Below, one piece after another: positions 9,295 through 18,334 of a stretch of 32,839 nucleotides of DNA (position 1 is its first letter; every line of letters begins with the position of its first letter). The notes beneath the pieces were generated by a model. It saw only the letters and a program-made list of their open reading frames with translations. It searched no databases and was not told the DNA's origin. A program made the position numbers and the translations under genes. The stretch lies in the sequence record SRR2962707_1525; one strand, written 5' to 3'.

Positions 9295-11937
9295 ATGACC
9301 TCTCCTCTTTCCCTTTGCGACCAGGCCCGTAGTGGGCACTTCATGCCGCAGCATGGGCTGTATCTTCTGCAGCGCTACCTGCCGGAGTTCGGCGGATCAG
9401 TGGTTAATTGCTTTGACGTCGCTGCCTGGACCGGCGCCACAAGCCTAGCGTGGGTGGGTGTACGGCTGGTGGTGCGCGAGGGCAATGTGCGCGTCACCCT
9501 GCGCCATGTGGCCCCCGATGGCAGCCAGAGCGATCTCGGGATGCTTGAGCAGAACGGGGTGGGCACCCAGGTGCTATCGGCGTTGCGGATCGCGGAACTG
9601 AACGGAGCCATCCTGCCCGAGGTGAGCGCGGAGGGAGGAATCAAAGGCAAACACGCGAATTACGACCTGCTGTTCGTGACCGACGATCAGCCCGTCACCC
9701 CAAACCTGCGTATCAATTACATCTTCTGCACTTTTAAACGGGCCGAATATGTCCAGTACAACGCGCAGGTGTTTCACGACTACCTGCGCCGCAACCGGGC
9801 CGAGGGCGAGGCGCATCTGACCGTGGTCGACAACGGCCATGATGGCAGTGCCACGGGCGGCCCCGGTGCCTGCGGCGTAAAGGCAGATCCGGATGTTACC
9901 GTCCTTGCCAACAACAATACCGGCGGCGCGGGCGGCTTTGGCCGCGGCATCTACGAGAGCTGCTACGGTGCGTTGGCGCCCCAGAGCTTCAGCCATGTCT
10001 GCCTGCTGGATGACGACATCCACCTGCACCCTGAGATGTTTGCCCGCAACACCGCCTTTGTGCGCTATCTGAAGCCCGGCTACCATGTGGGCGCGCCGAT
10101 GTATGCCATCTCAAACACGCAGAAGATCCCGAACAGGACCGCCTGTTTCGGGCATAAGTTCACCGGCACCGTGCATCCGCGCGACATCGCCCTTGGCGCA
10201 GGGCTCGACGCTCAGGACATCCCTGCCTTCCTCACCATGGACCGCGATCCCGACAGCACGGGCTGGTGGTGGAACTGCTTTGCCGTCACGGATGTCCAGC
10301 GCATCGGCCTGCCCTACCCGTTTTTCATCAAGATGGATGACGTGGAATATTCCCTGCGCCTGCAGGCGGCGGGGGTGAAGCTGGTGATCCCCGTCTCCTT
10401 CTGGGTACTGCACGACGACTTCGAGGAAAAATACTCTGCCGCGATGCAGTATTTCCGCCACCGCAACCGCTGGCTGCTGCTAGGGTTGCGCGGCGCATGC
10501 GATGACACGGATTTCTTCGTGAACGGCTTTGACGCCATTGTCCGGCATTTCGTCTCTGGGCGGCGTTATGAACATGCCCAGTTGCTGCTGGATGGGATGG
10601 CGCATTTCCTGCGGGGCCCCGAATATCTGGTCGCCCGGGAAAAGGAGATCCTCGCCGGAGTCTTTGCCAAGGTCTCGTGCGAGAAAAATATCCCCATGGC
10701 CACAGCGCCAAAGGGGGCGCCGGTGGTGAACGGTTTGGCCCCGCCCAGCAGCCCGGGCAACCAACGCCTGACCGAGCGTACCTGGAACAACCATTTCGTA
10801 CCGCTGAAAGATCGGGTCACCCTCGACACCACCCGGTCGCACGCTGACACCGATGTGCGTCGCTCCCGCGAGGTCAGCTACTGGAATGCGACAAAGGGCG
10901 TGGGCTACACTGTCAGGCGCAACTCGCTCCGTGCCCTGCGGCAGATGCTGGCCCTGCGACGATTGCGCAAGCGCATCCGGCAGGAGTTCCCCGCGCTCCT
11001 GCCGCGGTATCGGGAGGCAAAGGACCATTTCACCTCACCGGTGTTCTGGGCCACATATGGCAAGCATGGCGCCCAGGCACAGCTTGCGCCGCACCCGCAG
11101 GATCAGGGCGTTCTGGCGCTGCAGCACACGGTAGCGCGTTTGATCTGCGAGGCCGGCCCGCAGACCAAACGCGCGACAGTCACCGCCGGGGATCTGGCCT
11201 TTTTCAACAGCCTGCGCAACCGCTACAAGGGCCAGCGCTGCTTCGTACTTGGCAATGGACCCAGCCTGACGGTCAGCGATCTGGAGCTGCTGAAGGGTGA
11301 GGTGACCTTTGCCGCCAACAAGATTTACCTGTGCTTTGACGAGACGGACTGGCGCCCGACCTTCTATTCGGTCGAGGATCTTCTGGTGGCGCAGAACTGC
11401 CGCGCCGAGATCATGGCGTTGGACCGCACCACCAAGATATTTGCCGATCACATGCTGCCCTACCTGCCACGTCAGGCCAATCATCACTATGCCCGCTGGC
11501 TGCCGCCGATGGACAACCGCTCCCCCTTCCGGGAATTTTCCACCGATCTGACCAAGGGAATCTGCTGGGGCTCCACCATCACCTATTCGATGCTGCAGAT
11601 GGCGGTTCATATGGGATTTGAAGAAATCTATATCCTCGGCCTCGACCATTCCTATGTGGAACCCAAGACCAGGGAAGGCGGCGCGCTGGTCTCCGAGGGC
11701 GAGGTCAATCATTTCCATGCGGACTATCGCAAGCCCGGCGAGAAGTGGCATTATCCGGTGCTCGACCGGCTCGAACATTCCTATCAGTTTGCCAAGAACT
11801 ACTGCGACGCTATCGGCGTGAAGGTGTACAACGCGAGCCGCTTCAGTAAACTCGAGACTTTCCCCCGTGCCGATCTGGACGATGTGCTACACATTGAGCA
11901 CAGAAAAATCGGCCCTTGTTCCCACAGCCCAGACTAG
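9295..11937 (+). CDS. bifunctional glycosyltransferase: GlfT2-like GT2 fused to a C-terminal DUF115/Maf/Cst-like (GNGPSL) domain
   Basis: GT2 motifs CTFKR, VVDNG, NTGGAGGFGRG, LLDDD, GWWW and PFFIKMDDVEY. C-terminal domain from about 11212: VLGNGPSL, WGSTITYSMLQMAVHMG, ILGLDH, NHFHADY. Confidence 0.88.
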   Translation: MTSPLSLCDQARSGHFMPQHGLYLLQRYLPEFGGSVVNCFDVAAWTGATSLAWVGVRLVVREGNVRVTLRHVAPDGSQSDLGMLEQNGVGTQVLSALRIAELNGAILPEVSAEGGIKGKHANYDLLFVTDDQPVTPNLRINYIFCTFKRAEYVQYNAQVFHDYLRRNRAEGEAHLTVVDNGHDGSATGGPGACGVKADPDVTVLANNNTGGAGGFGRGIYESCYGALAPQSFSHVCLLDDDIHLHPEMFARNTAFVRYLKPGYHVGAPMYAISNTQKIPNRTACFGHKFTGTVHPRDIALGAGLDAQDIPAFLTMDRDPDSTGWWWNCFAVTDVQRIGLPYPFFIKMDDVEYSLRLQAAGVKLVIPVSFWVLHDDFEEKYSAAMQYFRHRNRWLLLGLRGACDDTDFFVNGFDAIVRHFVSGRRYEHAQLLLDGMAHFLRGPEYLVAREKEILAGVFAKVSCEKNIPMATAPKGAPVVNGLAPPSSPGNQRLTERTWNNHFVPLKDRVTLDTTRSHADTDVRRSREVSYWNATKGVGYTVRRNSLRALRQMLALRRLRKRIRQEFPALLPRYREAKDHFTSPVFWATYGKHGAQAQLAPHPQDQGVLALQHTVARLICEAGPQTKRATVTAGDLAFFNSLRNRYKGQRCFVLGNGPSLTVSDLELLKGEVTFAANKIYLCFDETDWRPTFYSVEDLLVAQNCRAEIMALDRTTKIFADHMLPYLPRQANHHYARWLPPMDNRSPFREFSTDLTKGICWGSTITYSMLQMAVHMGFEEIYILGLDHSYVEPKTREGGALVSEGEVNHFHADYRKPGEKWHYPVLDRLEHSYQFAKNYCDAIGVKVYNASRFSKLETFPRADLDDVLHIEHRKIGPCSHSPD

Positions 11938-11951
11938 TTTTTCAGGACACC

Positions 11952-14900
11952 ATGATGCTCTTAAAACGTAAGCTTTTCAAATCCTCTTCCCAAGAGGCAG
12001 ATGCGAAAACGGGGGCCTCTGCCCGATCTTATGAGCAGGTTTTGTCCCTTTCGCAGTCAACCGCTGTAGAGGCCAAGGGGTTCTTTGAAGGTCTGGCATC
12101 CGAAATCCGCATTTCAACGGCGCGGTTTGACCCGGTGGCTGGACGTTTGGAAGTCAACGGCTGGTGCCTGACACCCGAAGAAAACTTTGATCTCTTCGTG
12201 CAGGTCGTCGGCACCACCCTCATGTCCGAGGTCGCAGCCGCGACCGAAGACCGAATGGATGTCTTCCAAAAACTGCCGCAATACGGAAATAAGAAGAGTG
12301 GCTGGCGTGTGACGCTCCCCATCGAGACCCTGCCTGAAAAGGCAGTTGTGCGTGCCATCTACATCTCTGAAAATCGCAACTGCGTCTTCGACAGGGTCAT
12401 TGAGATCCGAGAGACAGGGTCCTTCCGCAATGAAAGTCTGAAGATCAAGAGCTGCACCTACAGCCCCTTGCGCAGCTTGTGCAAGATCGACCTAGAGCTA
12501 TGCAGCAGAAGAGCCGAGCTGACATTCGAGGTTGTTTCGGCAGAAGGGGTACGCCTCGAACAAGTCCACACTCGGACCTCCCCCGCAGATAGCAATGGTA
12601 TGCGTAGCGGAAAGCTGAACATTCAGATTCCGGGCCTGCGTGATCGGGAAGAACTTCGTGTCTCTGAAACCGGGAACCCCGCGTTACACGCCACAGTCGC
12701 GGTTTCAAGCGTACAGGATTCACCGCGCCGCATCACGGCCACCACGCCTTCTGTACGTCAGGAAAGCAGTTCCGCCGAGAATGCCCTGGATCTGGAAGCT
12801 GTGATCGCCTTGAAACGAGATCTGGCAGAACACGCCAGGCCAACAAAGGCCGAGGATGAGGTCTGCTACTTCCCGCCCTTTGAGAACAGCGCCGAACTGT
12901 CCAATCATTACCATCGGGCAAGCTGGTATCTGACCGGCTCTGACTCTCCGATTTCCCGCGTGACCTTCGCCGCAACCGAAGAACACAACAAAATCGCACC
13001 GGTGCCCGATCATTTTGGATCTCACAGCCTCGACACCGGCACATTAGATGTCATTGCCCCAGGAACCGCCTACACGGAGGCTTTGCTGCGTGCCAAGACT
13101 ATCTTTGTCTGGCGTCCCCTGACCAAGGGGTTGCAGCGCTATCTCTCCAAAATCCTGGGTAGGTCCACGATCCTCACCGTCGCCACAAATGACCCTGCTT
13201 CGGTGGAGTACGGCAACTACTGCAGGGGTCCATGGATGGTCTTGCCCGCAGCGGAAAAGCAAAAGTGCCTGAAGGAAAGCCAAGACCGCTTCCGAGCAGC
13301 CATGCAGGCGCAACGCGACGTCGGCAAGACATGCAGCGCAGTCTTTGGTACTGGCCCGTCGATCGATACAGCATTCGCGTTCGACTTTGGCAACTGCATG
13401 ACTGTGGCGTGCAACTCCGTGGTGGCGAATGACGCCCTTCTAGATCATATCCGCCCCGCCTTTATCTGCGCGGGCGACGCGGTGAGCCATTTCGGTGTCT
13501 CTCAATACGCCGAAACCTTTCGCAAGGACCTGATCAGGACCCTGATCGAACGCGACATTTACCTGTTCACCTCAGCAGCTATCGGATTTCTTCTTGTCCA
13601 GAAACATCCCGAAGTCAGCGACCGGGTGATCCTGTGTGAACAAGGGTTCAATGGTCTTAACTGCGACCTGGAAAAGATTTGGTCCCTGCCCCGCTTCGAC
13701 AGCACCCTGAATATCCACATGCTGCCGATCGCCACCAGCTTCAGTGATACCGTGTATATGCTCGGGTTGGACGGGCGAGACCCCAACCCTGTCAATAACG
13801 AGGATTTCTGGGCTCACTCCAAGGCCACTCAATACCATGATTTGGTGGACAGCGGACATATGGCACACCCCACGTTTACGCTGAATCGGGCACAGGCCAC
13901 CGAGGCCCGATACCTTGCCTCTGTGCATGAAAGCTTCATGTCTGGAGAAGCCTTGGGAAAGTCTTTCTTCACCTTGGCTGCCTCCTTCACACCGGCGGTC
14001 CATGCACGTCCAGTGCCTGACCATTGTTTCGAAACCTCCAGAGCCAACGGCATGCGCAAGCTGCGCGCCGCCCGCAGCCAGCCGCTGGCCAACATACCGG
14101 ACGCTCGACCAGTCAAAACCCGGGCAGTCAAAACCCGGGCGCTCATTGTCATGCAAATGAACCGTCGGCATTTCTCGGGTGGCCGCTATCACGGCACAAT
14201 GCTGGCAGAGGCGATGGCAGGTTTCTGCGACGAAGTCGTCGTCTGGAGCAGCAACATGCCTCCTTGGTCCGGAGATCTGTCTTTCAGCCCCCACCACCAC
14301 AATGTCAGTTACTGGATCAACGAATTTCTGCAGGCCCCAGACGGGGACTTCGATTATGTGATCGTCGTGCCAGACGGTTCGCGCAATCCCGACATGTACT
14401 ATCGCGCCTTGGAAAAGGCGCAATCCTGCAACGCCAAGACAGCCTTCCTGAACTTCGAGAGCCCCAACTGGTTCAACGCTTTGTCCCCAGTCGCCAAGAA
14501 AATGAGAGAGTCAGACAATTGGTTCGCTGCTGCCTGCTTTTCCGATATCATCCTGTCCTCGGCCAACACCGCCGTTCCCTTTGCGAAAACCTTTTACAAG
14601 ACACTGTTCCACACACCAACGTTTTCCGTAGCCCCCCCGGCCATCAACAGCCCGATCGCAGATCTGGTGAAACAGCAGAACCTGTCGCGTGAAAAGCAAA
14701 TCATCCTGATCAGCCGGTTCGGGAATACAAGCGCTCACAAGAACATTAATGCGATCTTCGACTGCATCGTTCCGGAGATGAAAGGGTACACGCTTGCCCT
14801 GATAGCAGGCACGTCTGATCTGCCGGACGACGAGACCCTGGCAGAGTTCAGAGCCAAACTGGAAGGCTTCGGCCTGTCTCTCAAGCTGCTTTACATGATT

Positions 14901-15434
14901 TCGGACCGGGAAAAGTACGAAGAGATCGCCAAATCCGAGTTGATGATCTTCCCGTCCCTTTTCGAAGGCTTCGGCTACCCACCTGTAGAGGCGGGCTACA
15001 TGGGGACGCCCTGTATTGCCTACGATCTCCCGGTCTTGCGGGAAATCAGCGCAGACCATGTGCATTTTGTGCCATGGGGAGACGAAGCGGCGCTGCGAGC
15101 CAAGATTGCAAACCTTCTACAGCAACCGCAGGAGGCACGTGTGCGGTGCACCACACCGCAAGTGCTGGACATCGCCAGCCTGACTGCCTTCAGCCGCACC
15201 CTGAAAGAGGTCCTGACCAACACGCCGGAGCCGAAAGGCGCTGCGGCTTTCTCCCGCGAACGTTTCCAACTGGCGCGCAAGGTCTATCTAGACGACTGCC
15301 ATGATACTGAGCTCTCTGGCGCAGTCATGAGCGAAGCGGCCCTGAACACCCTCATGGCCCGATACGAACGACTGGCCCATGAGGTGCGGGAAAAGCTTCA
15401 GGCCCGCAGAGGCAACACGGGGACGCAAGTCTGA
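11952..15434 (+). CDS. large multidomain glycosyltransferase: N-terminal beta-rich domains, central DUF115/Maf-like domain, C-terminal GT4 (GT-B) domain
   Basis: Central AVFGTGPSID...VACNS...MLGLDG. C-terminal FSGGRYH and FPSLFEGFGYPPVEA...PCIAYDLPVLRE (GT4 EX7E). N-terminal GW..R.DV..P..SGW motif. Confidence 0.85.
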   Translation: MMLLKRKLFKSSSQEADAKTGASARSYEQVLSLSQSTAVEAKGFFEGLASEIRISTARFDPVAGRLEVNGWCLTPEENFDLFVQVVGTTLMSEVAAATEDRMDVFQKLPQYGNKKSGWRVTLPIETLPEKAVVRAIYISENRNCVFDRVIEIRETGSFRNESLKIKSCTYSPLRSLCKIDLELCSRRAELTFEVVSAEGVRLEQVHTRTSPADSNGMRSGKLNIQIPGLRDREELRVSETGNPALHATVAVSSVQDSPRRITATTPSVRQESSSAENALDLEAVIALKRDLAEHARPTKAEDEVCYFPPFENSAELSNHYHRASWYLTGSDSPISRVTFAATEEHNKIAPVPDHFGSHSLDTGTLDVIAPGTAYTEALLRAKTIFVWRPLTKGLQRYLSKILGRSTILTVATNDPASVEYGNYCRGPWMVLPAAEKQKCLKESQDRFRAAMQAQRDVGKTCSAVFGTGPSIDTAFAFDFGNCMTVACNSVVANDALLDHIRPAFICAGDAVSHFGVSQYAETFRKDLIRTLIERDIYLFTSAAIGFLLVQKHPEVSDRVILCEQGFNGLNCDLEKIWSLPRFDSTLNIHMLPIATSFSDTVYMLGLDGRDPNPVNNEDFWAHSKATQYHDLVDSGHMAHPTFTLNRAQATEARYLASVHESFMSGEALGKSFFTLAASFTPAVHARPVPDHCFETSRANGMRKLRAARSQPLANIPDARPVKTRAVKTRALIVMQMNRRHFSGGRYHGTMLAEAMAGFCDEVVVWSSNMPPWSGDLSFSPHHHNVSYWINEFLQAPDGDFDYVIVVPDGSRNPDMYYRALEKAQSCNAKTAFLNFESPNWFNALSPVAKKMRESDNWFAAACFSDIILSSANTAVPFAKTFYKTLFHTPTFSVAPPAINSPIADLVKQQNLSREKQIILISRFGNTSAHKNINAIFDCIVPEMKGYTLALIAGTSDLPDDETLAEFRAKLEGFGLSLKLLYMISDREKYEEIAKSELMIFPSLFEGFGYPPVEAGYMGTPCIAYDLPVLREISADHVHFVPWGDEAALRAKIANLLQQPQEARVRCTTPQVLDIASLTAFSRTLKEVLTNTPEPKGAAAFSRERFQLARKVYLDDCHDTELSGAVMSEAALNTLMARYERLAHEVREKLQARRGNTGTQV
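14110..14140 (+). repeat. perfect 15-bp tandem duplication (CAGTCAAAACCCGGG x2), in frame, encoding VKTRA-VKTRA
   Basis: Read directly: 14110-14124 and 14125-14139 are identical, plus one extra C. Confidence 0.95.
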
Positions 15435-16696
15435 TGCGTATCTTCTACAGTGATTATGGTACAGATCCTGTCCGGATCGACCGCATAGAAACCATTTTGC
15501 GGGATCTCACCGTGGGGGGGGCCGTTGTGTGCCGGACCAGCGCCCAGCCCTTGGAGACGGTTACCCGCAATCTGGTGTTGCCAAACCTGATTGGGCCCTC
15601 GGGGAGGGGTATCGGGGTTATGCTGCATCCCGACATCACACTGACGGACCCGCTCCTGTGCATACAGGCAGCCACCCATCAATATGACTATCCGACAAAA
15701 GCAGCCCTGGATTGCTATTTGTCCGTCTCCTTGTATCGGGAGTACATCGAGCGAGAACTGGAGCGTTTTCAACCCGATCTCGTCATTCTGTGGCACCAGT
15801 TCAACGCCTATCACTATGCCATCTCCGATTGGTGCCAGCGCAAAGGCGTGCCAGTGATGTTTGGCGAGAACGGGGTTCTGCCCGGATCCTGGTGTTTCGA
15901 ATTTCAGGGACAGATGGCGGAAAGCTGGATTGCGCAACAGCCTGAGACTTTCAAGGCATTGCCTATCACTCGATCGGACCGCAAACATGCCACGGCCTAT
16001 CTCCGGCATGCCGCCAACACCCGCCTGAACCGCAAAGGCCAAGGGCTAAGTCTGCACGAGGTTGATCAGGCGACCGTATTGGCGGCAGACCCACGCCCCA
16101 AGATCATTTATGCGGGCGTCAACGACTTCAAGACCGGGCTTCAACCATTCACCCAGCATAGAACCCTGAAGCACACAGGAGACTTCATCAGCACCGAATC
16201 TGGCTTGCAGGCCCTGCTTCCTCTGGCCCGCAAGAATGGTTGGCACATCCTCTACAAGGCGCACCCTTCGATCAAGCACAGCACTACTGGGCTGGACAGC
16301 TATTCCGATTGTTTGACTGTCATCGACAAGCGCGTCGACCTGATTGACCTTCTGCATCAGGCAGATGCCCTCGCCACCATTGTATCGCAAAGCGCCTACA
16401 TGGCCTTGATACACGACACGCCTGTGGTCCTGATGGGGCGAATGCAACTCACCGGGTCGGGCTTGGTGGAGGAAGCCCCTTACTTCAACGGGCTGGAACG
16501 GGCAGTGCTGTCCGCCATTGCCGACACCGAAAAAACCGCGCGCTCCGACCTGCTGCGCGATCATGTTGCCCGCCTGATAAAATACTACGTCCTGTCTTCC
16601 GACTACGGCAAGCGGGGCATGTTCCGCTATGATCTCTCGGATGTAGCACCCTCGATCCTAAAGGGGCTGCGCCAATGGAAAAGGGACAGCGCATGA
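15434..16696 (+). CDS. capsule polysaccharide biosynthesis protein, KpsS/KpsC-like CMP-ulosonate (beta-Kdo-type) transferase fold
   Basis: GENGVLPG (E.G.LP), YKAHP (HP motif) and DALATIVSQSAYMALIHDTPVVLMG, typical of the Capsule_synth family. TGATG coupling to the upstream gene. Confidence 0.75.
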   Translation: MRIFYSDYGTDPVRIDRIETILRDLTVGGAVVCRTSAQPLETVTRNLVLPNLIGPSGRGIGVMLHPDITLTDPLLCIQAATHQYDYPTKAALDCYLSVSLYREYIERELERFQPDLVILWHQFNAYHYAISDWCQRKGVPVMFGENGVLPGSWCFEFQGQMAESWIAQQPETFKALPITRSDRKHATAYLRHAANTRLNRKGQGLSLHEVDQATVLAADPRPKIIYAGVNDFKTGLQPFTQHRTLKHTGDFISTESGLQALLPLARKNGWHILYKAHPSIKHSTTGLDSYSDCLTVIDKRVDLIDLLHQADALATIVSQSAYMALIHDTPVVLMGRMQLTGSGLVEEAPYFNGLERAVLSAIADTEKTARSDLLRDHVARLIKYYVLSSDYGKRGMFRYDLSDVAPSILKGLRQWKRDSA

Positions 16697-18216
16697 AACT
16701 GATCGATACCTTCACGCAGGTTCCCGATGACTGTTCGCTGGATGTGCATCCCAGTGTGACGGTAGACAAATGCGATATCGTATTCAAAGCGCGCAACTGT
16801 CATCTGGAGATTGCAGAGGGCTGCCACTTCCACGCCCTGAAACTCTATTTCCTGTCCGACAACACACAAGTGAAGGTCGGACGGGGCACCCTGTCCCGTT
16901 CCACTTTCTGGGCCAATCTGTCCGGAGGCGGCCGCCGTATCACGGTCGGAGAACATTGCCTCTTTGCCAACGTCAAGCTGCGCACCAGCGACAGTCATCA
17001 CATTATCGACCAAGAGAGCGGAGAGATGATCAATCCAGCCGCCGATATCATGATCGGCGATCATGTCTGGATTGCCGAGGATGTTCTGGTTCTCAAAGGC
17101 AGCACCATCGGCAGCGGATCAGTGATCGGATCCCGGTCGATGGTCCGCGACACGGTGCCTGAAAACTGCCTGGCTGCTGGAACCCCTGCAAAAATCCTGC
17201 GCCGGAACATTGATTGGCGCTACAGCGGGGCCAGCATCAACCCGGTTAACCAGCCTGCCCCAGCCACCTCAGAGACACCACGCCCGGAAGCCCCGAAAGG
17301 CCCCGCCGCCAGAATATCGACAGCCACACGCCAAAAACCGATGCCCGCCTGCGTCGAGATTTACTGGCAGAAGCTGCGCCGACATCTAGCGCCCGACCTT
17401 GTGGATCGTGGAGATGGCTTGGCCACATCCCTTTGGACGCCTGAAAAGGGGTCGGATGTGCAGCAGAAAGTCCGTTTCATGAAGGAGCTGCTTGGCGACA
17501 GGGCGGAGATCGCCCTGAAAGGCGGCCTTTTCCGTTTTGGGCAACTTTATGATCTGACGGTTCAACTCGAGGAAATTCTCTGCAAGGTACAATACAACTT
17601 TGAAACAGACAGCAAAGCTCCCTTCATTATTGACGCCGGCGGCTGCTACGGGCTTGCTTCTTATTTATTCAGCCGCCTCCACCCTGCCGCCAAGATTCTG
17701 ACTTTTGAGCCAAATCCCGATAACGCGCGCATCATACGGGATAATATCGACCGGATTGGCATGGACAATGTCACCCTGTGCGAAGCAGCGGTCGGAACGC
17801 GAGAAGAAGTTGTCGCATTTTATGCGGCCCCCAATATGCCTATGGGGTCAAGCACTTTTCCCCGACTGGATACGCAGCAGCATGCCGTTGAACAAATGAT
17901 GGTACAGCAAATAGACCTAGCCGAGCGCATCGCAGATCAGGTTGTGGATTTGCTGAAGCTGGATATCGAAGGTGCCGAGTATGATGTCATAGACGCGCTG
18001 GATGGACGTATGGACGGCATACGCAACCTTTTCATCGAACTCCATTTCGGCCCTAGCCTACCAAAGTCAAACTTGACACGCCTTCTGGATGTATTGGACC
18101 GCAACGGTTTCGACCACATGATTACACGCGCCGGAAATTCTGCTCCGCCCCATCCGCTGAGAGCGCCAGAGACTGTATGGCGCGGATCTTTAAACCTCTG
18201 GGCGCGAAAAATTTAA
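16693..18216 (+). CDS. fusion of a left-handed beta-helix O-acetyltransferase and an FkbM-family methyltransferase
   Basis: N-half: RTSDSHHI, DIMIGDHVWIAEDVLVLKGSTIGSGSVIG, AAGTPAKILR. Then a P/A/T-rich linker. C-half: IIDAGGCYG, FEPNP, LLKLDIEGAEY, IELH. Confidence 0.9.
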   Translation: MKLIDTFTQVPDDCSLDVHPSVTVDKCDIVFKARNCHLEIAEGCHFHALKLYFLSDNTQVKVGRGTLSRSTFWANLSGGGRRITVGEHCLFANVKLRTSDSHHIIDQESGEMINPAADIMIGDHVWIAEDVLVLKGSTIGSGSVIGSRSMVRDTVPENCLAAGTPAKILRRNIDWRYSGASINPVNQPAPATSETPRPEAPKGPAARISTATRQKPMPACVEIYWQKLRRHLAPDLVDRGDGLATSLWTPEKGSDVQQKVRFMKELLGDRAEIALKGGLFRFGQLYDLTVQLEEILCKVQYNFETDSKAPFIIDAGGCYGLASYLFSRLHPAAKILTFEPNPDNARIIRDNIDRIGMDNVTLCEAAVGTREEVVAFYAAPNMPMGSSTFPRLDTQQHAVEQMMVQQIDLAERIADQVVDLLKLDIEGAEYDVIDALDGRMDGIRNLFIELHFGPSLPKSNLTRLLDVLDRNGFDHMITRAGNSAPPHPLRAPETVWRGSLNLWARKI

Positions 18217-18334
18217 GGTGGTTTCAACAATATGCACACCATCTACACCCACAGGCGCAACTTTTGACGATGGAAAACGAGAACACTCCACGCCCGTCCA
18301 ACGGTCACAATGCGAAAAATAATAGGAACACAAT

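Noticed and set aside
14632-14638. Other 7-nt homopolymers (C7 here, A7 at 8513, C7 at 26443, T7 at 26749) as phase-variation tracts
   Set aside because: Short, and explained by ordinary Pro/Lys/Gly codons.
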